Of a stretch of 64,000 nucleotides of DNA, positions 1 through 12,290 are shown one piece after another. A model generated the notes under the pieces. It saw only the letters and a program-made list of their open reading frames with translations. It was not told the DNA's origin and searched no databases. The position numbers were made by a program, and so were the translations under genes. Location of the stretch: assembly GCA_040285855.1 (NCBI GenBank), contig JAUFOQ010000013.1, forward strand, positions 992,001-1,056,000. Direction: 5' to 3'. Every line of letters starts with the position of its first letter. Position 1 is the first letter of the stretch. This DNA is from Eukaryota sp. GEM-RC1. Lineage: Eukaryota.

Positions 1-400
1 TTCAAGTGTAACGAAAAGTTTCTGAAAAGATAGTTCACTGAGATATTTCTGCTCAGTTTTGCATTTCTTTTTTGCAACAATTTCTTTGGGGTCTCCTTTG
101 CTTCTTTTAAGATTTTTCTGTTCTTTCTGCAGCCTTCGTTTTGCAACAGCATCCAGCGGCAAACCTGTTAACATCAGTTCGGAAAAGTTTCGAGAAATAA
201 AAGACGAAATTGATAATAACTTCTGACTTTTGAAGAAGTGTAGATCTTCTTTTCAAAAGTAAGTGACTGGGAACATCACTGTAAATAAAGCTAATTATGA
301 TTGAATTACTGTCTTCAGATACATTTAGTGATTTAATGTTATTATAATGAACTGAAAGATGTTGGATAACCAAACTAAATGTACAAAATCGACAAAAGAA
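1..400. repeat. Segmental duplicate of 2308-2341 + 3027-3380 (empty-site copy lacking the hAT MITE)
   Basis: Colinear near-identity: ttcaagtgtaacgaaaag...gaaaagatagttcactgag here versus the same sequence split by the insertion at 2342-3018. ORFs 107-373 and 3217-3402 share SVSEDSNSIIIS..SDVPSHLLLK. Confidence 0.9.
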
Positions 401-1155
401 GCACCAAGATTGACTGAACCAACTAAAGCTTCTGTGAGAGCGGCAGTGAGACCACTCTTCTATTATGTCCCAATTGATTGTTCCGAAGATCTACACACGA
501 TCTCATTTCAGATAAGAGTACAAGAAGTTGGATAGAAGGCGCGGAAGTGACTTGTGTTACAGATTAGATTGCAATCAGCAGTTCAAAAAAAGACGATTGA
601 TGTCCAAAAGTATATAAATTTGGTAATTGATCAAAAAATTGAGGAATTTTGACAAAATTTGATGAGCGTTTTCTTTGTTGCCATATTTCGGTAAGGTCAA
701 ATAGAATTGTAGAGTACTCCCACTGTACTACCGTCGCAATACTTACAGGGATGTAAACTTTTACGAAGACATCACCAAAGTAAGGGTTCAATACAGTCTA
801 GGTCGATTATTGCAATTGCAAAAACAATAACCAACATTGAAACAACCGAGAAGTGACCACCGTATTTTATATGAAATCTTTCTTCACTCGCCAATCAATC
901 AAAACAATCAATTATTATTGACGAGTAGAGGGAGATACTACTGGTTTGGTAAATATCTTTTAAACCTCACAGACCGTGGTGTTTCTTTTGAAATCTGCGA
1001 ACTTTTGACATTTGTCCTCAAATTCAAAGAGACCTTTTCATTGGTCATTGATTCATCTCAACGAGTACTGATCGTCTTGATTATTTTCAGTGATTCTATT
1101 CAGTAGAGGAAGGAATTTCCACTACTCAAGAATTTCCGAATTGTTGATACATTTC

Positions 1156-1310
1156 TCAGTCATATCTGTAATTAATCATATTGTTGATGTTGGTCATAGC
1201 GGATTTCTTTAGGTGCATAAGTCCTAATGAGTCAAATGATAGTGTTTGATATTCCGTGTCCTCATCAGTAGGACATAGGAAATGCTTAGGGCAATTTGCC
1301 ATAGGCAATT
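1156..1310 (-). pseudogene. Remnant of a Ty3/gypsy pol (RNaseH-integrase linker) related to the element at 40.7-46.9 kb
   Basis: Peptide CPTDEDTEYQTLS is identical to the pol ORF at ~42390-42425; ~35 bp nucleotide match gtttgatattccgt(g/a)tcctcatcagtagg(a/g)cat. Confidence 0.6.
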
Positions 1311-2341
1311 TGAATTTCACCTTTCTTTTTGCAAGTAATTTGTGGACACTGTTGTGGCCAAAGACATGGCCATTCGTAGATCTCGAAACTGTATCTAGAG
1401 TCTTTATATTAATACTAGTACCGTTGTTTGAAAAATAATCTCGCTTCAGAATTGCGAATGTTTTCTGCAACGTCAATCAATTGTCCCCTGAACCAACCCT
1501 CACTTGGATTAATCACACTGGATAAACCATCAAAGTATATCACCAACTGCTGACCATTGGTGTCATGTTCTAATTTTTCATGGACGTATTTTCCAATCAC
1601 ATCATTGAAAATGACAGGAATTCTAATCTTGCATGTGCCATTAAAACTCAGCGAAATATTTCTATTCAAGCCCACTAGGTATCGTCGTCCTCTTTGAGAA
1701 ATTAATCTACCGTAAATTCGTCGCCATACAGCATCCTTTCTTTTCATTATACAGAAAACTTTTTGTTTAGGTGAAAAAATCCTTCCCCTCATTGACTTCC
1801 ATTGAAGGCCACGGGATCTGTCTTATTGCCTGTGAAAAAGTTACCTTTTTCTATCATAATGCTTTCCACCACACGTAGTAATAACATTTGCTTAGACATA
1901 TTCAGTTTGTCAAAACCAAAATCTTGAAAACTAAATAATACTTAAAACTTTGATCCATTCCCTTCTCTTCAGCAGGAATCCCAGACAGTGTAAGCTGAAA
2001 TCTCGAGTTGTCGTACAAATTCAGATGTGCTGTCATCCTACAATCTTCACCGATTGCTGTCATGGACGTCCCTCAATAATAGCCATCTCCAGCTCTTCCC
2101 ACATAAACATACAGTCGTGTCCCACAAGTTGGTACAGTCAGTTTGTGCCAGGATTCATTGGAGTCATCAATGTCACAATTTTTGACTGTAGTAATGAATT
2201 TCATTGATGCTTCCAGCTCTTCAGTGCACCAGAATTTCAGCTAATAGATCTAGATGTTTTTCGATAAATTTCCGTGTAGCAGTAATGTAGAATTTTGGAT
2301 TGAAATTTTCAAGTGTAACGAAAAGTTTTTGAAAAGATAGT

Positions 2342-3018
2342 TAGGTCTGTTAGTGGATGGATGTATGTGGATGTGGATGAAAAACTTGAGATCCACGTGG
2401 ATGGTGGATTTACGAAAACTCATCCACCATCCATCCACCGTCATCGATGGATGACTGTATAGATTTCTTGAAAAAATGGTTTAACGGTAATACAGTTCTT
2501 TATCTATGGTTTGATATAAACAGTAGAACTAAATCTACTTAAACAGTGGTTGAAGTTTGGGCAGATACTCCAAATGGACAGTTGCCATCTCTAAGTTCAA
2601 AAAACTCACAAGTCTAAGACGTTTTTTTGTTGTATGACGGAGAAGAAGGTGAAGGAGAACTGTTGTCATCGTCATCATCAATGCTAATCATAGTTGGGCA
2701 AACAGTGGACTAAAACAGGAATGCAATACGGTGGTGCTTTCTTTCTAAGAAAAGTATTTTAGTACCTGTCAAAATCGTTGTATGTTCAACTATGATACAC
2801 AACGGATGCACTGAAGTACGATAATGAAGAGAGCCTTAAAACATTCAATAGAATGTAAGTGTAGTTAACATATTGTTTACGAATTTTAATAGTGGATGCA
2901 TCCATGGATGATGTTTGGAATCCACCATCCACATGGATCCCAAGTTTTCTATCCATTATAGATGGATGGTGGATGAAAGTGAATGTGGTGGATGGATGTT
3001 CATCCATTAACAGCCCTA
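2342..3018. mobile_element. Non-autonomous hAT element (MITE) with GGATG/CATCC subterminal repeats
   Basis: TIRs TAGGTCTGTTAGTGGATG / CATCCATTAACAGCCCTA; 8-bp TSD aagatagt/acgatagt (7/8); empty site at window positions ~27-34. Confidence 0.9.
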
Positions 3019-3422
3019 ACGATAGTTCACTGAGATAATCTGGTCCAGTTTTACATTTCTTTTTGCAACAATTTCTTTGGGGTCCTTTGCTTCTTTTAAG
3101 ATTGTTCTGTTCTTTCTGCAGCCTTTGTTTTGCAACAGCATCCAGCGATATCAGTTCGGAAAAGTTTCGAGAAATAAAAGACGAAATTAATAATTACTTC
3201 TGACTTTTGAAGAAGTTCAGATCTTCTTCATTTTCAAAAGCAAGTGGCTGGGAACATCACTGTTAATTAAGCTAATTATGATTGAATTACTGTCTTCAGA
3301 TACACTTAGTGATTTAATTTTATCATAATGAAATGAAAGATTTTGGATAACCAAACTAAATGTAGCAAAATCGTCAAAAGATCGCTTCATATTGTTCAGC
3401 ACAATGCACTACTACAATGTAG

Positions 3423-4054
3423 CAGCGATGTGAAAACAACATTGCTCCAATATCTATTTCCGCTCTTTGAGGTGGAGAAATATTTATTGTTACACCGGTT
3501 AATTATTTCAATATTTCAATATTGTCAATAAACTTCGAGTTGTTCATTTCGTTGTTTTGCATCACCGTTTGGACTTCCAAAACCAGGTTTGTTGTCTTAT
3601 GTGTTTAAGAGTTGTTTTATCGGTAATGCTTTCTAGTGGTTGTATTGTCATAATGGCTATCATTTGAGCTTAGTTCGAGTCTTTATTGACGTACAATGTA
3701 AATCCTTTGCTCTGAAGTGATTTTCTCTCAAGTTCTCCAGTATTGAAATGCAAATAATGATGAAAGAAAATCGTCTTTTTTTCAGGTTGAAGCTACTGTA
3801 AGACAATCATGAGCACTAGACAATTCGAAGATGTAGACAATTGTGTTGAGATTGTTTCGGATACTTCTGATGATGATGAATAATAGAATATGTGGGTTTT
3901 TTGTAATAAATACAGAATATGATTCATATTGTTGCAATATTGAAATACTGCAATATTGGTTGAAGAATTGCAATATTTATTGGCACTATTTCAGAATTGC
4001 AATTTGTGGCTAAACTATGTGTATATTTATTGCAATATTGTTTTCCCACCCCTA
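3423..4054 (+). mobile_element. Non-autonomous hAT element, decayed copy of the family at 15342-16177
   Basis: Perfect 8-bp TSD CAATGTAG (3415-3422, 4055-4062); degenerate left TIR CAGCGATGTGAAAACAACATTGC; right TIR GCAATATTGTTTTCCCACCCCTA; internally colinear with 15342-16177. Confidence 0.9.
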
Positions 4055-4199
4055 CAATGTAGTAGCAGTTGAATTACGAGAAAATATCTCAAATAGACAC
4101 GTGTCAAACACCGATTATCAAAAATAGACACATTGTTGAATCCTTCCAACTTACTCCTCCTTCATTGATACAGACGAGGAAACTGTTTGAGCACCTATT

Positions 4200-5358
4200 G
4201 TGCGTCAGAAGAACGAAGCTGCAGACAAACTGACTGCTGGATCTCTGTGTGTCAATAAAATGGAGTTACAAGTTGCTCTTAAGCATTATAACTTATTCTG
4301 CGGTGCTAAAACAAAAGTAACTACAAGTAGTGGCGATCGACTGTCGACCACGTGTCTTGGTGCACAATGCTCTTTCTTGAGTTAAAATCTACATCACAAC
4401 GCCCTGGTAGACATACCATGTCTCGTATTGGAGAAGTATCTCTTCAAAGTGAACCAGTTTTCCCCTCATACATGCCACGGATCTCTTTCGACTACCAATC
4501 CAAATGCGTCAAGTTTTCAACAGACCGCATGTCTTTTGTGTTGGTCATATGCGGCAGAACTTTTTATCAAGGTTTCGAAATAAGGATTTGATGCCTCTTC
4601 TTTATGCTATAGCACGAGCAATTAATTCCTCTGAATATGAAGATGTCAGAAATCAATAACTATCAATTTCACCTAATTGTTTAAATTGGCTAGAAGCAAT
4701 TGGAAAGACACATTTCAGTGAAACCTTCTTTGAGGGGAAACGATACAGACATATCACAAGTAATGTTGCCGATTCATTGAACAACTGGTTGAAGAGAGTA
4801 AGAGAAATGCCGCTCATAGAAATGTTAGAAAGCATACGTAGGCAATTGAAAGAATGGTTTGCTGCTCGATCCCAAAAGGCTCAGCAGATGCTCGGTGATG
4901 GAAATAACAAAGGCTTTAACAATGTTTTGCAAAGAATGATGCAATCAATGCATTTAGCCAGAAGATTCACCGTACTGAACAGTAACAATCATCAGTACGA
5001 AGTTATAGGCTTAAATCAATCAATCTTCATAGTTAACTTTGGAGAAAGGAGCTGATCATGTAAACGATGGCAAATGAACGGCTACCCAGGTCATCACGCA
5101 TTAGCTGTGTTTTTGAAGAAGAAAACGATGCCAACTGAAGGAATTGAGGACATACATTCTCTTCAGAACTATGCATGCACATATGTTGGTATTATTCCGA
5201 TAATGCCTGATAGATCAGAATGGGCAGCAGTGAGAGGATTGGATTGTGTGATTGCCCCCGATCCAAACAATGCTCCTGGTAGACTACGTAAGAAGAGAGG
5301 GGATCGTTTTGCATCAAGCAAGAAAAAGAAGGTTAAGAAGTCTGACATCGACAATTAG
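4200..5358 (+). pseudogene. Mutator/MULE transposase remnant with SWIM zinc finger
   Basis: RYRHITSNVADSLNNWLK..REMPLIEMLESIR motif; SWIM-like RS*SCKRWQMNGYPGHHALAV with an in-frame stop; basic C-terminal PGRLRKKR; internal deletion and frameshifts. Confidence 0.8.
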
Positions 5359-5800
5359 CTAGCTGAGTTTGAGCCAGAGGAGAACCATGACAACTTGATA
5401 GAACCCAGAGATTTGTTCCTTGACGTATCTCAGAGTTGATGACGTGAGAGATGTTGTGGAGGGAATGGAAGAAGAATAAGCTCTTTCCATTACAATACTA
5501 ATGGAGTTTTCGAAGAAGGAGAAACCAAAGACACGAAGTGTAGAAGAATGATTGAGGTTGATCACGAGATTCAGTTATTGTTGAAGTTTGAGCTTTCTTA
5601 GTTAAAGACATCATTTTGATGGCAACATGAAGATCGAACCATATAGCAGCGTATACAACAGCAAAACCTCCTTCCGCAATTCTTTCTCCAAGAACGATCT
5701 GTTTGGAAGAAATGTTGAGGGCAGAGATCGCCATTATCAACTTCACACATTCAAGAACACAGACTTTTGTGAAAAGAAGAAAGAAAGAGTTAGAAGCCAC
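5359..5800 (-). pseudogene. Protein kinase (TKL-like) N-lobe fragment
   Basis: ERIAEGGFAVVYAAIW...VAIKM (subdomains I-II) followed by LRVFGFS...SIVMERA (IV-V); no catalytic loop; frameshifted. Confidence 0.75.
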
Positions 5801-7987
5801 GGCGTTTTAGTATGGCTTAATCATCTTGTAGAAGGGGTTGGCATGTGCCAATGATTTCCTGAGGAATGAGTCAAGAAGACGATCTGTTTGTTGACGTATT
5901 GATGAATCACTAGGAGAGTCTGGATGAGTCTGTCATAGTCCACAAGAATCTCCTTAAATTTTGACCTAACACCTTAAGAAGGTTTACCTTGTTGTTGACC
6001 GCTCTGCATAGTTCGACATTGGACACAACAAAAACAAGAATGTCGTATTCAAGCAAAATGTATTGATGACCATACATGTTCTCTCAATATCAAACATCTA
6101 ACAGTTCCCTTGATATAGCCCTCTTCTCTTTCTCTTACATTTAACGTATCGTTTATTCTCTGTTCTTAACGTGTTGAAAGCACTGTCTCCTTTGTGGTCT
6201 CCAGTTTCCTGAGGAGATGAGATGACACTCTTCCCTGAGTGAGTTGGTCGGAGCATTTCGCACGTATTCCCATGACATCAAAGTTCCCTTCGATCATATC
6301 TTTCTCCAAAACCCGATTGTAGAAGGTGGATTCGATGATGTAAACGCTTCTAAATGTTGTACTCTCTCTCTGCCGGTGCTGTCACTTCTACTCTGACAAG
6401 GAAGGAACATCTCCAACTTCTCCCTATTTAATTTTCATGTTCCTTCCGAACCTCCCTCCATTCTGCTTGATATTTGCATCACTATCATTGACAATCTTGA
6501 TTTTGCTCTGGGAAGAAAGCTTCTCTCCTCCCCCTTTCAAAAAATTCTGTCAACAAACACCATCTTAGACTCGCTCCAACAATACACCGCGTACAGAAGT
6601 GTCTTTATCTAAACCTTCTTTTCCTGGTCACTTCAATTCATTCACTTTCCTTCTAGTTAATTACCATGTCACAGTTGCTGATTGTGATTATTATAAGAAC
6701 ATTCCTACTTTAATTCTTTGAGCCCTTTCAACGAGTTTTCCTTGTCTTGTAGTGTGGTTAAATTCCTGGTCCACATACTGATCTTTATTCTCATTGCCCA
6801 GTTGAATATCAGCAACTAACTAAAAGACATGCTTCTGCTGTTCAATAATTGGTGAACCAAAGGTTTAAGTAAACCTTCACCTTTTGACGAGTCAATAACT
6901 GAATCTTTCCAAAACTCAATTTTGATTTGTCCTACATCAATGGTTTTTTTAAAACTGTAAATTGGTGAACTTTTAAAATTGTCATTAGTTTAGCATCTTA
7001 CCAATTTGTTCAAGATCATTACTCACTATGATTATTCCAGAAATTGATGATTTCAGTTACAAAATCAGGACTTGTATGATCTTATTCTACGGTAAATATT
7101 TTTTATCTAAGATTTTCAATTTGAACTTCCTAATTCTTATTATTTTGAAATTCAACTAGTGTGCTTCTAAATTCCACGTCTTGCTACCACTTTTATCTGC
7201 AGTTCTGACGGTGTCACTTCTAAGTTAAGTTACAAATCTCAATCAAAACTATTTGTAAGAATGTAACTTAACCATTACATTAAGCTGAGTCATTTGGAAC
7301 TTAGATCCAGACTTTTAATGAATCACGAACTTATTAAGGTCAATCTGAGGGAAATTTGGACTAAGTTTCACAGTCATAATGATTCAACTTTTATGTCTAT
7401 TTCGACACCAGTTTAACTGTCACTATAATCAGTCTTGGTATCATTTCAGTTGTATTTTTACCAAGCTGTTATACCACAGGAAGTTTAATTAGGCGGGTTT
7501 TACTCTCATTCTGTCTGTGCCAATTTGACACGTGTCAATTGTTGACGTGATCAATCTTTTGTATATGCTTAATTATAATTGTATTCTGAACACAGAGTTG
7601 TAATGTACAATTATCGTCAACGCTATTCTTAGCTTGTTAATTAATTGCAACAGTTTTGAAAACTCATACAAGGAGTTCTCCAACATTAGAAGTGTTAAAG
7701 AATGTAATGGTAAGTCAAAATATTCTTCAATCAGATACTTGTGCTCTTGGTCCAGGTCTACCGTGTATTTGTTCCAAAATGACTTAAAATCACAATCATT
7801 TCAGCACAACTGTGCTCTTCTGTTAATTTTATAGGAGTTGAAGTTTCTTTTGTTCTGTTGGTTTTTGATTTGAACATGTTTTCTTGTACGTTGTTTATTT
7901 GGTTCAATGTGTTCTTGTAATTCTATTCAGTGGAGGAAGGAATTTTCGCTACTCAGAATTTCAATGATTTTTGAATTTGTTTGCTTG

Positions 7988-8274
7988 CTACAAATCTTTT
8001 AATTCAGGATATTTTGATATTATTTCTTCATTCATCTTTTGAATATATAATTCTATAGGATATACTTTTTTTCATAGTCTTCAAACATTTTATGATAATC
8101 TTTATATTGATTATGATATTCTTTTGATTTTATATAATTCTTATCATTTTTAAGTTTATTTTTAATTTTATTTTCTAATACATCTTTATCTTTAACTAAA
8201 CTATTATAATATTTACTTATTGCTTCTGATTTCATTACATATTCGTTAGCATCTTTATGTAATTGATTAGACAT
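7988..8274 (-). CDS. Small K/N/Y-rich hypothetical protein (virus-like AT-rich island), one probable frameshift near 8065
   Basis: MSNQLHKDANEY... ORF in extremely AT-rich sequence; preceded by TAAAAAAATGATTTTTTAT. Confidence 0.55.
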
Positions 8275-8289
8275 TTTAAATATAAATAC

Positions 8290-8308
8290 ATAAAAAATCA
8301 TTTTTTTA
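8290..8308 (-). promoter_or_regulatory. Putative viral-type early promoter motif TAAAAAAATGATTTTTTAT
   Basis: 15 nt upstream of ATG 8274; near-identical to the motifs at 8811-8829 and 8899-8917. Confidence 0.55.
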
Positions 8309-8385
8309 CCTTATATATTTTTTAAAAAATCAAAAAAAAATTTGGTTTATTTTTAATAAGTAATAATTTATAGAATAATCTACAA

Positions 8386-8794
8386 TTAAATACTCATATA
8401 ATCGCTCATGGCATTCGTCAATCTTTTAATATTTACGAATGCCTTCCGATTACCCTTATTATCATTGCCTCGATTGAGGCGTTTTTCCTGCGCCCGATTC
8501 GCAAAATTTTTCGACCTCTCTGAAATGAGAGGGAAAGTTGTATGCGAAAACAAGGGAACATGGGTACTCCCATAAGAAAGGGGAGACCGGGGTAGCACAA
8601 AATCAGGAGCAGGCGGAAGAGCTGGAAGAGGGACGGGGGGGGAGGGCTGGAGCAGACACAGGAAATGCCGAGGGCACCCCCATGTTGGGAGGCTGTATGG
8701 GCTGACCTTCTGCAATTACTTGGTGAAAACACCAAGTGATAGTAGTGCCGGTAGAACTGATTCTTACTGTTTTTACTACAGTGAAACTAGACAT
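8386..8794 (-). CDS. Proline-rich hypothetical protein (~135 aa, frameshift in the G-run near 8640)
   Basis: ORFs 8603-8794 (MSSFTVVKTV...PALPP) and 8386-8715 (...PLPALPPAP...MSDYMSI) join at a homopolymer; preceded by the shared motif. Confidence 0.5.
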
Positions 8795-8809
8795 GAGAGA
8801 TTATGTATT

Positions 8810-8918
8810 TATAAAAATTCATTTTTTTAAAGCTATTCAATTTTTAAATGTCAATCATTTTTCTACCTAAATAATTAAAACTTAAAAGAATATATTTTTA
8901 AAAAAATGAATTTTTATA
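8810..8918. promoter_or_regulatory. Divergent promoter: perfect 22-bp inverted repeat TTTAAAAAAATGAATTTTTATA
   Basis: 8810-8831 is the exact reverse complement of 8897-8918; each copy lies ~11-16 nt upstream of an outward-facing ATG (8794 minus, 8930 plus); an extra AAAAATTGA occurs on the minus strand at ~8837-8845. Confidence 0.6.
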
Positions 8919-8940
8919 CAAAATATAAAATGTTTAATTA

Positions 8941-9928
8941 CAGTCTACCCTCCCAATATGACCAGGTGTCGGACCAGTCTTATTGGGAGGGTGGACTTAT
9001 TCGGAGTATTTGGTTTTTATAGAATGAACAGCGATCGTCGATCGTTTATATCAAATAAAACAACAAGCTAAGACAACCGTGCGTCTATTGAAGGGAGAAT
9101 TGGAGCTGGATCTACCACCAGTTAGGTGAACAGATGCTTGGGGAAGAACAAGGAGACATTGTGACAATTTTGATGAATATGAACTACTACAGAGAGTTTG
9201 ACCACTGCTTTCAGCTTTTATCAACAGATAACAAATATAGAGAGAAAGTGTAAAGGCTAAGATCACAAAAGCAATGATCTTGTACAGGATTTCAGATCGC
9301 GATAAAAGGAAGGCAATAACTTTCAAAGCGCCCATCTAGAGAGAAGATGAATTGCTATGACTCACAGCAAGCGGATGAGCGTTATTTGGAGGAAAAAGTG
9401 TTCACCAACATTCAAATAGGAGAGAACTATGAACGTACGAGTGCACAATAGAATTTCTGGTGATTGTGATGAAGGAGGAATGCTGAAAAGGCGTTACTTA
9501 GGGGAAGTGACTGTTTTTGAGAGAGCTTCTCCCTCAACACAATTTTCCTCCACAGACAAGACCAAAACATTGTTTGACATGATCTAGAGTGGTTCGGGGG
9601 GATGGAGATTATAGGGAATAAGATCTGACCAGAACACATGAGATTGTCTTAGCCAAGTGATAATTAACAACACGTGAGCCATCAAAGATGTTGTAGTAAT
9701 AGGATATCGATATGTGAAGTCAAAAATGTGAGTTTTGTTATGAAAACCATCAAAAACATGATCGAAAGAGATCACAATAATGTTGACACCGAAGATACGA
9801 AAAAGGAAACATGTTTATTTGGAGTAAGGGAATCGGATAAGGGAAGACAAAAAGTCGGACATTGAAAATTTGGTCATAATGGGAGGGTGGACTTATTTGG
9901 AGGGTGGACATATTGGGAGGGTAGACTG
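8941..9928. mobile_element. Tc1/mariner superfamily (pogo/Tigger-like) non-autonomous element
   Basis: 20-bp perfect TIR CAGTCTACCCTCCCAATATG; TA dinucleotide on both sides (8939-8940, 9929-9930); internal GGAGGGTGGAC repeats near both ends. Confidence 0.92.
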
Positions 9929-10418
9929 TACGTATATCTAAGTGGAGGAGGAGAAGAAGAACATTATAAATTTTATAATTATTTGAAAAATGAAAATAGA
10001 ATAACTAATGTGAAATTATTACATTTAGAATCATTTGAAATATGTGATTTGATATTAACATTTGAATCTAATGATGTTAGTCTTGAATTTTATAAAAATT
10101 TAAAATTTGATGAACATTATGAACATTATGAATTATATATTTTATTTTGTTCAAAAGATGAATATGGTATATATCAAAAAATGGTTTGGAAAATAATGAT
10201 TATAAAAATCAAAAGAGAAATTCTTTAAAATACCATATACTTATGATGAATATAAAGAATATTTATATTTCTTGGAAATAAAAAATGAAATGAATGATGT
10301 AGGGATTCTTTCCTATCCACAATCTTATAAGCATGCTTGTTGATCACACTCGTTTTGTCAGTGTGATCACAATCACAAATTGTGATCACAAATACTGTGT
10401 ATTGGGAAAAATAAAGTT

Positions 10419-10981
10419 TTTTTTGTGATTTTTAAAGTTTATTATAAATGTAATAGATCAAACAACTTAAATTTGATGTCATTAAAACAACACCCGTCGC
10501 TATCAAACCTTACAACAGCTTTGTCCTCATAAAAGGCACTCACTGCTAATAAAGCTTTGGAGATGATTAGGGGAACTGTTTTAAAAACAATAAAAACGAT
10601 CCGATTCAACCATAACGTATGATCAAAACGTTTGTTCATCCTATTTTTTACGATTTTTCCGAAATCGTTTAAAAAATTCAATGCACTTTTTCCTAAACGT
10701 CCGTAAATTGAAACGGCAAAGGGCATAATTCGTACTCAACATGTTTTACATGTTTTAAAGCCATCAATGGTTTTATGTACTTATCCTGTTTGACCTGTTC
10801 AGAAATGTCTAAAGGAGAAGTTTCAGATGAAGCGTTCTTTAAAGATGTCTTTTTACAAACATCAACCGACATTACATCAACAACAAACAATCTGTCTGAA
10901 GAAGAAGGGACAACAACATCTGCTCTCCGTTTACCAAAAAATTGGTTCTGTTTTTCGACATTACAATTATTACTTGGTTCT
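10419..10981 (-). mobile_element. 5'-truncated non-LTR retrotransposon (RLE endonuclease domain + 3' end), copy A
   Basis: LEP...RRADVVV...VVDVMSV...EQVKQDKY...PFAVSIYGRLG restriction-like endonuclease; A-rich tail; flanking direct repeat AAAATAAAGTT (10408-10418, 10982-10992). Confidence 0.85.
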
Positions 10982-10997
10982 AAAATAAAGTTGATAA

Positions 10998-11237
10998 TTT
11001 TTTTTTGATTTTTTTAAAGTTTATTATAAATATTATAGATGAAACAACTAAAATGTGATGTCATTAAAACAACACCCGTCGCTATCAAACCTTACAACAG
11101 CTTTGTCCTCATAAAAGGCACTCACTGCTAATAAAGCTTTGGAGATGATTAGGGGAACTGTTTTAAAAACAGTAAAAACGATCCGATTCAACCATAAAGT
11201 ATGATCAAAACGTTTGTTCATCCTATTTTTTACGATT
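10998..11237 (-). mobile_element. Shorter 5'-truncated copy B of the same RLE retrotransposon
   Basis: Near-identical to 10425-10656; T-run (A tail on the minus strand); imperfect flanking repeat aaagttgataat / agagttggtaat. Confidence 0.8.
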
Positions 11238-11290
11238 TAGAGTTGGTAATAGTGTATTATAATATTTATACATATCGAAATTACATAACC

Positions 11291-11825
11291 CTACAGCTTC
11301 CTTTTGCGAACACGATCTATTTCACTGTCCTGAGACCAATCTACCTCAATGTGCTCCTCCATATCTGCTTCTTCGATCACAAAAGATTCTCCAATATCCT
11401 TTTTATCATCGTCATCGTCATCTGTGATGTCGTCAAAAACACCTCTCAAATTAACATTTGCTACAACATCCATTGTATCTGCCGGTTGTTATTCTTCTGC
11501 CAACAACACTAAAGACCCTCATTTCCACAACCAAAAGAACATCCCCCACTCTAGATTTGGTCTTAAGTATTTAGTTGAGAACACCAAGATTCAAATTTTT
11601 GGTTCCTTGTTTTAGAAGAGAAGTATTAAAATGAATAATCATCATATCATCCAAATGATCGTTGGTCAATTTCAACCTTCTTATGGGCACCTGGAAGTCA
11701 AATGAAGACCAATTCCTTTCTGTTGTAGATGCTGAACCAGTATGACCTGTAATTCTTTGAGCTAATTGACTCAACTGTGGATAAAGCTGTTTACCAACAG
11801 AGTACCACCATTGATTGACAGCCAA
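11291..11825 (-). pseudogene. hAT transposase C-terminal dimerisation domain and acidic tail
   Basis: WWYSVGKQLYPQLSQLAQRI...SASTTERNWSSF...RRLKL...DDMMIIHFN. Confidence 0.85.
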
Positions 11826-12290
11826 ATTAATGACTTCAAAAGTAGTAAGTGTTGTGGTAAAATCTTTTGTTTAATATAATATTGTTTGATAACTTTTAGC
11901 ACCCTTGACATTGAAAGTCTTCTTTACTTGATGTGTTTTTACGAACTTTAACGAGCTGGTGAAGCGGATTGTCCTTATTACAATCAGATTGGAAAAAAGG
12001 AAGTAATGACATTGTGGGGAAAGGTAAATGTAGTTTTCGAGCACCAGATTAGACTCTTAACGGGTGCTCTAAACTTTAGAGTGTTGTTGAACAATTAAAA
12101 CTGGTCTAGGTTTATCACATACATGTATTATATTAATGACTTCACTTCAGAATGGATCACATTTGAATCACAAATGATGTGATCACGAAAAAAGGCCAGT
12201 GTGATCACATGTGTTTGTGATCCACAAGTATGCTTATAAGTATTGTTTATTTACTTGTTTTAATGATTTTATAAATAGTAATACTTAAAG

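Larger units (their letters stand above)
10332..12232 (-). mobile_element. Internally deleted hAT transposon with GTGATCAC subterminal repeats
   Basis: TIRs CATGCTTGTTGATCACA / TGTGATCCACAAGTATG; perfect 8-bp TSD CTTATAAG (10324-10331, 12233-12240); carries a hAT dimerisation domain. Confidence 0.9.
8930..12288 (+). pseudogene. AT-rich hypothetical gene interrupted by a pogo-like MITE and a hAT element
   Basis: Removing 8941-9930 gives MFNYVYLSGGGEEEHYKF...; removing 10332-12240 gives ...ILSYPQSYK|YCLFTCFNDFINSNT-stop at 12286-12288; A-run indels near 10180-10215. Confidence 0.6.

Noticed and set aside
1415..2230. Possible transposase or Kelch-like fragments
   Set aside because: Only vague resemblance, with many stops and no diagnostic motif.
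9887..9930. ORF start MDLFGGWTYWEG
   Set aside because: Derived from the MITE terminal repeat; the original start is ATG 8930.
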